This document shows, one piece after another, positions 53,050 to 64,000 of a stretch of DNA of 64,000 nt. The stretch comes from Octopus vulgaris (lineage: Eukaryota), in the NCBI GenBank assembly GCA_951406725.2, contig OX597834.1:38254001-38318000 (forward strand). Direction: 5' to 3'. The position numbers and the translations under genes were made by a program. Numbering within the stretch: position 1 is the first letter of the stretch; each line of letters opens with the position of its first letter. Below the pieces are notes generated by a model. The model ran no database searches, was not told the DNA's origin, and saw nothing but the letters and a program-made list of their open reading frames with translations.

Positions 53050-53202
53050 CGTTTAAATATTTGTTGTGCAAGATTTTTTATGTGAAGTCGTGTGTTGAAA
53101 CAGATATTGTTATATTTCGGAAGCAAAATAACACCAAATATATAGTGCGTGTGTTTTTATTGGCTAAACTGGCAATATGACCATTCCGAAATATAACAAT
53201 AT
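53050..53202. mobile_element. Small inverted-arm element, copy 3, within (TA)n
   Basis: Perfect 19-bp arms 53104-53122 / 53184-53202 plus the shared GCAAGATT..ATGTGAA.TCGTGTGTTGAAACAG extension. Confidence 0.6.
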
Positions 53203-53249
53203 TTATATATATCTTTTAATATATATATATATATATCTTTATATATCTA

Positions 53250-53296
<47 letters not shown>

Positions 53297-54902
53297 TTAT
53301 ATATCTTTTATGACACACGCACACACATTCTTTGAACAAGTGTTTTCCAATTTTATCCAAATCAGCAAATGTCTTCTGAATGAATCTCACATACAGAAAG
53401 TGCAGGAATCTTGTCATATACATATGTACGTGAATGTTAATATTTCACATGTCACCACTTGAGCAAAAGAGTGATGAAGTTTATATTCCTTGTTGATTTT
53501 ACAAGTGGTTGCTCTGCACTTTGGAAGACCAGAGTAATATATCAAGTCTAACTTGAGAAACGACTATGTGTTGCACCCTAAAGCCCATCTGGCCATAAGA
53601 TCCTGCCTCAAAATCAATATCTTTTGCAGACCTGCTAGCTTGGAAAACTGTATGTTGAAAATGCATGAACGATCAATATATATGTTTGTATGCCTATGTC
53701 ACTGTTTAACTCTGAGCTGACCTATGACGTAAGGCATTCTAACTATGACCATCCATCTTAATTTCATACAGTAGCTAATTTAGTTCTAGATGAACAATGT
53801 ACTCTTCCTTGTTATAGTTGGCTGGGTGTGATTTAAGGGAGCCTTGGTTGTTATTTATTGCAAGTTGAGCCATCACATTAAGGCTACCTCTATGGTTCAC
53901 ACATGACTGTGTTGTGAACATATTGTAAATGTTAGAAATAGAAAATGAAAGTTATATGCACTAAATTATGTTTTATTGCTTAAACAAATTTATTTTTGAA
54001 AATAACAGCATCACCATTCATTAGCATGTCTGGTGCTTGTTTGCAGCACAAATGTCCTAGTAATATTTTTATGTGCACCATTCTGTTTTACTCTACCGTT
54101 TTTATTTGTGCAATTGGAAATTGTCACAAAAGAGATATTCTTAGTATTTCATACCCAAGTATGAGGTTAGTGCAGTGCGTCTCTGTAGGCTCCACATGTT
54201 TCTTCCATTCCTTACTAACTTACACGTACCCTCACTACACATTCACTTGCATGCACACAAACACATACAATTGCGCTTATACACAAACATGCACATAATT
54301 TCACAAATACATATTTACACATGCTTGCACACTTACATATATGTACACACACATATATTATGACCTAGTGGCACTAAATTATACATTCATGAGAAGGCAT
54401 GTCAGCTACAGGTTTCTAGCCACAACAATTTCCAGGCATACCACACTATCCTATGTGTTTTAACTCTGTTTTAAGATGTCAGGATGTGAATTGAACACTT
54501 GTCTGTTATTTCTATTTGGTTAAGCACCCAAGTAGAGGTTCCTTTATTGTTATGGTACAATGAATTGTTGTAATAGAAGAAAATATGCCTTCAAAATTAC
54601 TTCTAATTATATGACACATTATCTTCATTTTAATACCCTCCTTTCCATGCATGCATGATTTTACATGGTTAGGTGCCTTCCAAACAAGGTAACATTTTCC
54701 CTATACCTTCAAACACAAACATTTTGTTATGAAAGAATGCAAGAGAACAATATCATCTGTATGACAGTAACATTTGTTTACAACAGTTGCCTGATGTCAA
54801 AATAAGGAGACCACACATACACACATATAATGCATATATATATATATGAAAGGCTTCTCTCAGTTTCTGTCTATATGCATGTGTGTGTGTGTATGTTATA
54901 TG

Positions 54903-54945
<43 letters not shown>

Positions 54946-55014
54946 GTTTATGTTACTATTATGCCTGTAGACATGGCTATAGCTGCGCACATGGTTATAA
55001 GAGCAAGTACGGCT

Positions 55015-55222
55015 GTGAGGTAAACAAATTCACTCCAAGCTACAAAAAGTTCACCATAAGTATCTATCACCAGATTACTCATTTTTACCAGCTGAGTGGA
55101 CTGGAGCGACACGAAATGAAGTGTTGCGCTGAAGAACACAACACATCACCAGGTTCAGGAATCAAAGCCACAATATTATAATCATGAGTCCAACACCCTA
55201 ACTACTCATCCATGTGCCTCCA
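55015..55222 (-). mobile_element. tRNA-derived SINE
   Basis: Reverse complement of the 39015-39240 type (ACTCATTTTTACCAGCTGAGTGGACTGGAGC..GAAATGAAGTG..GAAGAACACAAC). Confidence 0.75.
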
Positions 55223-55749
55223 CACATACTCATGCATAAAAATCTATATACCTTTTCACTCATTGGACTGCAGCTGCATTGGGGCACTACTCTGAAGGGT
55301 TTTAGTTGAACAAATCAACCCAAGTATTTATCTTTTGACTTTAGTACTTATTCTAATTAGTCTCTTTTGCTGAACTGTAAAGATATGGAGACATAAACAA
55401 ACCAATACCGGTTGTCAAGTGGTGGTGGGGGACAAACACAACACAAAGTCACACACACACACACACATACAATAAGCTTCTTTCAAGTTTCCATCTACCA
55501 AATCCACTCACTAGGTTTTGGTTGGCGTGCATGTGTGTCTGTGTGTTTGTTTACAATTGTACTCTGTGAATGTCAGGATCAATGCATTGTGTTGTTGTTC
55601 CTTTCTTGTCAACAAATCTTTCTGCTCACTCTGTGCCATTGAAGAAGTATGAACTAAGAGATCTCTTACTTGGAAAACAGTTAAGTATATTAACAGACAG
55701 GAAGAGCAAACATTCTAAAACAATGTATTTGCCTAACCTATAAACAAGC

Positions 55750-55780
<31 letters not shown>

Positions 55781-57314
55781 TGCATGTGTAAATGTATCAT
55801 CGTTGTTTTCAAGTCTACTTTTCCATGTTTGCATGAGTCAGATAACATGTTAAGATCCTCTATGGCTGGATGCCCTTCCTGTCACCAGCCCTGACCCGTT
55901 TCTAAACATGGTAACATTTCCTCTTGGCCAGGCGTCTTCCACAGAAGACAGGAAAGGAACAACAATGTCATGTATGAGTGTGATGTAAGGATAAAAGTAA
56001 ACACACACACACACATACACATATATTTGCAATGTCAGTTTCTCAGCCAAATCCACTCAGACAGCTTTAGTCACCCAGGGGCTATAGTAGAAGACACACC
56101 CAAGGACCCATGCAATGAAATTGAACCTAAAACCATACAGTTTGGATGCAAGTTTCTTAACCATACAGCCACATCTGCACCCATATGTGTGTGTATTGAT
56201 AGATAATTAGACACACACACACATATGTATATAAGTAACTATGCATGTGAATCTGCAACCACAACACACTCAAATGGAGCAAAGTTTCTCATTTTTCTTG
56301 TGTGGTAGACAGTCAATAGAGTATGCAATAATCTTTCAATAACACACAAACAAGTTCAGACACTGACTGGGTCATGGAAGCAGGATGAGCGGTAGAGATT
56401 GCTCTCACGGAAGACTATTGCTTATTACAAACACACACACAACACTTAGACAAATACATACATACTTGAATCCAAGGCTTCCATGGGTTAGATGGTTTTT
56501 GATTGGATTCGATGAGTCGGAGGTGGGGGGGTGCTCCACCATACTCCAATTTCTACTTTGGCATTGTTTCTACAGCTAGATGACTTTCCTAGCACCAACC
56601 ACTATACTTAGTCTAGTGGGCACGTTGTGGTGGACACCAGCACTAATAAAGATTACTTTACAGCTTTGCAAACCAAGGGCCAAAAAGTGGGCAAATTAGA
56701 AGAAAGAGCGGGTGATGATTCTAGATCAACAGATGCAAGAAGGTGAGTAAGAAGGATATAGGGAAAAGTTTAATTATAGAGGGGCTTGTACGGGGACTGG
56801 TCTAGAACTATCCAACTCGAGGCAAACATGGCCGGAAAGTGCGAGGAGCGAGGAAAGGGGACAGAAAGAGCAATAGGCTCAGGTGGAGAGAAACATGTAG
56901 GGGATCATGGGACAAAAAAGGGTGTTGCAGAGGCAGAGAAGCTGTAGGGAGAGAGCAGTGAAATAAACCGAGACAGTAGGTGAGTGCAGTAATAGCAGTG
57001 GCAGGACACACTGGAAATACATAAAAGGAAGGGCAAGAGCAGAGTGCAAACTCCACGAAAGCACCTCATAGGTGGGGAGGTAATGGAGGAGGGCATCGGA
57101 GGTGGGTAGGTGCAGTGAGGGAGAGAAAGGCTAAAAGGCATCCTAGACGTATAAGGGCAGGTAGTAAGATAAAGGTAAGAGGAAGTGTTGGTGGGCAATA
57201 GAGGTAATTTAGAAGTTAACCTACGAGTGTGCTGTAGGGATGAGGATGGGAATGTTATGGGAACATGAAGTAAATGCATACAAGGAATTTAGATCTACCA
57301 CACACACACACATA

Positions 57315-57390
<76 letters not shown>

Positions 57391-57642
57391 CCTATAAATA
57401 CATTTAGCACTTCGACTGTGTTGGTGTGTGTATGAGAGTTAGATGCAAAATCATTTTATGCCTTATGTTAGTTTTATAGGTAAGCACAAAAACTATGTAG
57501 GATTAATAAATCTGGACATTACGTGTTGTGTCACTTACGACAGAAACCTATATAGCTCTGTGTAAACACATGCTGTTATCAAGATAAACACACATATCAA
57601 TATCTAATAGGCACCTCAGACTCGTTGCATACACACACACAC

Positions 57643-57673
<31 letters not shown>

Positions 57674-58687
57674 GCTGTGAGGCTGCATGGGTGACTGCAA
57701 GGCCTTATATATTCGTACCAAAGCATTTGTTAAACCTTTTTTTTCTTCAAGTCAGAGTGTGGGTTACTTCAAAATGGGGCCTAAGTAACAGTGAATAAAA
57801 CGTGCAATAAAGGCTTAATTAAAACTCTTTTTGAACACACACACACACATACACACTATCCTTTGTCCGTTCATGTTGAGATTATTTTTTTTTCGTTACG
57901 AAATTCGAAGTGTGGTGTTGAAGAGTGTTTCGCTCAAGCGTTTAACGAAACTAATATTAGCTACATAACTGATAAACTGCACACACACACACACACACGT
58001 GTGTATATTTACATGTATATATATGTGTGTATATGTATATATACACAATACACACACACACACACACTTGTGTATATACATATATATATATATATAATAT
58101 AGATATATAAAGAGAGAGAGAGAGAGAGAAACGGACGCGTGCGAGTTATACGGCAGTCACCCGAAGTTATTTGGTTACAATAAAGAATAGATATAAAGCA
58201 ACTAACTACAATACAACGCTAGTTGAATGAGAGGGAGGGAACAAGATCATAATCGTACGAGAGTACCCGAAATTGTTAATCCACCCGGAGGTCAAAATGG
58301 ACACGAATGCATTCGTCTGGTAACTTACAAAGCTAAGTACCTATGTCTGTGGGCAGGTGTCTGTTGCCCACACTTACACACTGTATTACATATCGTTTGT
58401 CTGTACAACTAAACACACACAGTGTATAATAGATATATATATATATTTCATCAAACACAAAATATACATATACATACACATAAATATACATAATTAAGTG
58501 TACATATATATATATATATATACACACATATATAGCTTATATATATATATATATATATACATATATGCGTATATAAAAACATACTATATACTTACATATG
58601 TACACATATACACACAACCACACACGTGTGTGTGTGTGTACAAACATATACATAAATATATATTCAAATAAACATAAATTTCTCTCT

Positions 58688-58738
<51 letters not shown>

Positions 58739-59469
58739 CATACATACACAAGGACTAAATTGTTCTAAGCCCTATCGACAGACAATGAATGATTTTAAAA
58801 TGACAAGTGTAAATTAGAATAATGCATAACTGGTTCTATAATTCGTTGAAAAACAAACTTTAAACAGAAGTTTAATTCATGGCACCTCTGTATAACCGGA
58901 GACACCAGCTTTTTAGGGGAAAAAATAATTAAAAAGAAAAAAACTACCGAATTATAGAGAACAGTGAAGTGAATGTGCTTATGTGTATTAAGCGTAGTAA
59001 TGTGTGTGTAACAGTTTATTTATCGAATACTCGTATCAAGGAAAATAGCTTTCCGCATTCACTGAGTTTTTTGATGATACTAAGTGATACTATAATATTT
59101 TCTATGTATACTAAGGGACCAACTTGGTTAACCACACTAGTGGTGATTTAGTTATTGTTCTATCAACATTATTTATATTTCAATTAAAAGAAATTCAGAA
59201 GAATTGTTTCAAATCCACCTATATATATATCAAACCCCCACCCAGACACACACATAAATCACAACCTCTGTCAACATTACATTGAAATTTGAGCCACTCC
59301 ATTCTCCCGAACACAGATATAACTTTTCTGTCCATCTGTTGGTTATATATTCTCTTTAACTTCCTTTTTAACGATTTCACCAACTTTCTCTAACCGTTTT
59401 CCCAATCAACTTTTCTCGTCAAGTTTGCATAAAGCATCCTGGCCAAACTTTGAAGTATCTGTCAACTAT

Positions 59470-59544
<75 letters not shown>

Positions 59545-59601
59545 TATAGTTAGTTAGGGTGGTGGACACATGATCATAAGATTATTCTAACTATCTCTCT
59601 C

Positions 59602-59632
<31 letters not shown>

Positions 59633-59899
59633 ATGTACAGAGGGAGCTTGATCAAGTCAACATCAAAAAAGTATTTGTGAAAATGTTTTGACCCTCCGCC
59701 TCTCCATCTTTGAGTTTAAGAAAACAATAGGCTTTTGTTTCTATATAATTCTAATTTCCTCACCATGGTGTTGGGCAAGTTTTAAAAAGCTCCACTTTTA
59801 CATCCTCACAGCCCCTTCAAGGAAACAAACGAGCGTACACAATAAGAGGAATTTGGCATGTATGTACTGTGTGTGTGTGTATGTGTGTGCGCGAGAGGA

Positions 59900-59946
59900 G
59901 ATAGATAGATAGACAGACAGACAGATAGATAGATAGCTAGATAGAC

Positions 59947-60033
<87 letters not shown>

Positions 60034-60058
60034 TGGATAGATAGCTAGATTGACAGAT

Positions 60059-60140
<82 letters not shown>

Positions 60141-60180
60141 CAGATGGATAGATAGATAAAACAGACACATAGACAGATAG
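59900..60180. repeat. (GATA)n/(GACA)n tetranucleotide array
   Basis: Directly visible. Confidence 0.95.
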
Positions 60181-61981
60181 AATAATCTTATGATCATAAA
60201 TCCAACACCCTAACAACTAAACCAATGCACCTCCACATATGAATGTATATTTATACATATATACAAATATGTATGTGTATATTCATAGATAGAATAAAAC
60301 CATGAGTGTTTGATGCAATAAAGTAACAGGATGGACAAAGCCAAGCCTAGTCGAGATTTTAAAATTATGAATGGGTTTATCTTAAACTTTAGAAAGTTCC
60401 CACTACCATTTATATCTCGGCCCACATTTCTGTGTGCCATCCCCTTTTATGTAACACACACACGTATACAATATTAGTTTTTAAGTACTATTATCAATTC
60501 CTTATAGGCGGAATGAATGCTGATAAAATACCATTGAAATAATGGCTCGATCTTATTCTCTTGCCTAATACAAAATTGGTCAAAAAGCTCTTGATTCTAC
60601 GATATGAAGAATGACTGACGCCGAGAATAGAGAGAAAGAACATCAAACAGTAACAAGTTTTAGAGAAAGTTGTACGTGCGCGTTTTTGAATGTGTGAGTA
60701 TGCGTGCGTGTGTGTGTGTGTGTGTGTGCGCGCGCGCCATGGCGATAATCAATCACTGTTTACCTGATATGTGTACACATATACACGACAGCACGCGCGC
60801 ACCTTATGCCAGACACGCGTGGTGTATGTGTATGTATATGTGTATCGGACACAGACGAACAGCGCAAGCATACGCACATGTATGCGTATATATATATATT
60901 TAGTGTGCGTGTGTGTGTCATACATACAGGTATTTGTGGATTGTAAATATATATATATATGCGTGTGTGTGTATGCTTGTATCTATATGTAAGTATGTGC
61001 GTACAAAGGCAACATTAACCATTAAACAATATCAGCCCAAATTTAGGGTGCTATGGAGAAAGGTTTTTTCATAGTTTTTGTCAGCGCTTGATAGACCATG
61101 GCGCAACCGGTACATTATGAGATTTAATAAAACTTAGTAAAATATTGTTGAAAATGTACTTTTTTTTAAAATTCTTTGTTACATTGTTTTTTAATAAATC
61201 AATTACTTGTACAGATAATTACAATTTAGTGTGAAATACAGAAAATTCAAAACAGGGTATTCAACACAGTTTATTCCACGTAGAGCACTTCGTCATAAAC
61301 TGTTGTTAAACAATGGATATGTCTGTGGGGTGGTCACTATTCTCAGGGTGTTATTAGGTTTATCAGCTTGCCCTAATTAGGCCTTCTGTAAACAAATATC
61401 TATGCATGTTCATATGTATACATACATGTATATATATATGTGTGTGTGTGTTTATGACTACAAAAGAAACCGTATTTGATACATGTGTATAGGGAAGTAC
61501 ATGTACTGATATAATCCGCATAAAGACTGAAATATCGCACAATCGAGTTTCATACTCGGTATAATAGGGCAATCAATGGACGATATGATGACAGGCTATT
61601 TCATAAAGGACATATGTGTGTATATACACACACACACACACACATGACCATTCTGTCTTCAGTGAATAACGTGTCATCGTCTGTTGATTGCTTTTATGTT
61701 GGGGTATGAAACACCGAGTACGTTTTTTGGTTGTGAGTGTGTGTATGTATATATATATATATACATGTGTGGGTGTGGTTATATATGTATATACAAGTGT
61801 ATAATATACATGCTAATAGATATATACACACACCCATATAACTATATATATACACACACATGTATGTATATAGGTTTGTGTGTGTGTGTGTGCACTGCTT
61901 ATACCAAACAGTAAACAGATTTAGACATACGAGAGTTTATTGAAGTTGGTGTCATCTATACATTCCACGTGTATTATCGTA

Positions 61982-62028
<47 letters not shown>

Positions 62029-62567
62029 TACTGTCGTGAACACACTGTTTTGATTCAGAATAGCTAAAAGTATTATCAACTTTACGTGACAATACGCTTC
62101 AGGGAAGCACATCAAGTTCACAACTTCACTAGAAAACCAAAGTTTTATGTCAGCGTGAAAAAGTAACCGCAATAAAAATAAACACACGTACATATTACTA
62201 TCACCAAACGTATGATATATATATACATATATATATATATACACACACACATAAGATTCTTATTCGATTGTGCTTTAAACAGCGTCTATTTTGAAAGAAA
62301 CGTTGAGGCGTTGTAGCCTTTCCAGATACCATAACACACACACACATACATACACACACATGCACGCACACACACACACACACACATCTATAAAGAATTA
62401 CATGCCATGGAGTTAAGCTCTCGGTAAGTCAATGTTGTCAATCCGATTTCGATTCCCGCTATTTCATTTCTCTTCCGCTCAGCTAATGTCCTTGAGAGGA
62501 GGTATGAATGACAGTCACAGAATCGAATTTTTCCCCCTATCCCCACAAATTCTGAAGACTCTTAATG

Positions 62568-62609
<42 letters not shown>

Positions 62610-62727
62610 TATATATATACATATCGAATAGGAAAAAGAAACGCAGTCAATCACCTGTATATATACAATATAAAGAGAGTAAAGAATGTGACATATACTT
62701 ATGAATACGTATACACAAACCAAACAT

Positions 62728-62956
<229 letters not shown>

Positions 62957-63008
62957 CACATATACAAATACAGTTAGAAATTAAAAACTGGTCAAAACAA
63001 TCACTTAC

Positions 63009-63048
63009 TGAGCCCTTCCAAGCTTGCTTCTTTACCCATCCTGTTCAT
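63009..63048 (-). CDS. Candidate first coding exon ([13 protein letters not shown], phase-1 donor)
   Basis: ATG at 63048 with an in-frame upstream stop, open to a consensus TCA|GTAAGTG donor; unique CpG-retaining upstream sequence is compatible with a 5' UTR. No homology recognised. Confidence 0.3.
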
Positions 63049-63357
63049 ATCATCGGTGAAAACAGTGGAGGGACGGTCGTTGAACTTTTAATTTTTTTTC
63101 TATAGTTGTTGTTCTTGATGGTGTGTTTTGTAGAGGTGGAAGGGAAAAAGGTTGAAATGAATAATTTTGGTTTTGTGTTTGTAAATAACGCTATATATAT
63201 AATATATATATATCGTTGCTTGAGTAAGAAATGGTAAATAACGCCAAACTCCTTCTTTCTTTCACTCACAGCTTCACAATCCGCGTGTTAGTTTATATAT
63301 ACACGATGACAATTTGTATGAATACATAAACACTAATGTATATGCATATATATATAC

Positions 63358-63398
<41 letters not shown>

Positions 63399-63944
63399 CA
63401 AACACAAATATATATATATACTGTCCCTCCGTTGATTGGTATATTGTCGCTCGTTTGTTTATCTTTCTATCTTTCTATATATATATATGTGTGTGTGTGT
63501 TCGTGTTTTTAATATAAAATATTTTGGAAAAAAATTAATATTCTAATAAGAATAACATTAATAATGATTTTTTTTTTCAGTTTTGTTGGGTACGTGTGAG
63601 AGGGGGGGTGTTGATATAAAAAAAAATAAAACTTAAAGAAAGTGATCTTTTTTTTCTTCTTTCCCCCTCCTGGTCTGGTCCGTCTGACCTGACCGTGTGA
63701 ATTGTATACACTGAATGAGGATAGGGTGTCAGAGACGACGATGATGTCGGTTAATAGGAAGAGGGAGGAGATGGAGTATGAGCAGGAGCAGCGGTGGTAG
63801 TAGGAGGAGGAGGAAGAAGAAGGTGGAGAAGGCAATAAGGGGAGGAGGAGGAGGAGGACGAGGAAGAGAAGGATGAGGTATATGAGAGTGAGCGTGAAGA
63901 ACGAGGAAGAGAGGGAGAGAGAGACAGAGAAAGAGAAACATATA

Positions 63945-64000
<56 letters not shown>

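Overview
AT-rich, microsatellite-saturated eukaryotic DNA that is almost entirely non-coding. The SINE families and (TA)n/(CA)n/(GATA)n load look like a cephalopod (Octopus-type) genome; this is inferred from repeat recognition, not from a search. No intact protein-coding gene is identifiable, and nearly all ORFs in the supplied track are microsatellite translations. The window contains: many tRNA-derived SINE copies; a near full-length, decayed Tc1-like element with DD36E spacing (18711-19947); several TIR/TSD-defined non-autonomous DNA transposons (hAT-like, Tigger-like, mariner-derived, and a long-armed foldback element nested in a SINE); Helitron-like elements; and two LINE remnants. The most striking structure is a perfect 233-bp-arm palindrome (3662-4148) inserted in (TA)n, with a type-I hammerhead-ribozyme motif in each arm, as expected of Penelope-like elements. 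Three copies of an unrelated small family (7.4, 33.1, 53.1 kb) share its 'inverted arm plus one-sided extension' geometry, and further degenerate hammerhead motifs occur elsewhere. Weak evidence (canonical splice donors, short ATG-initiated phase-1 frames, CpG-retaining patches) suggests the window is the 5' intronic region of a large minus-strand gene with alternative first exons; this is unconfirmed. All coordinates were read by eye; SINE and LINE boundaries are approximate.
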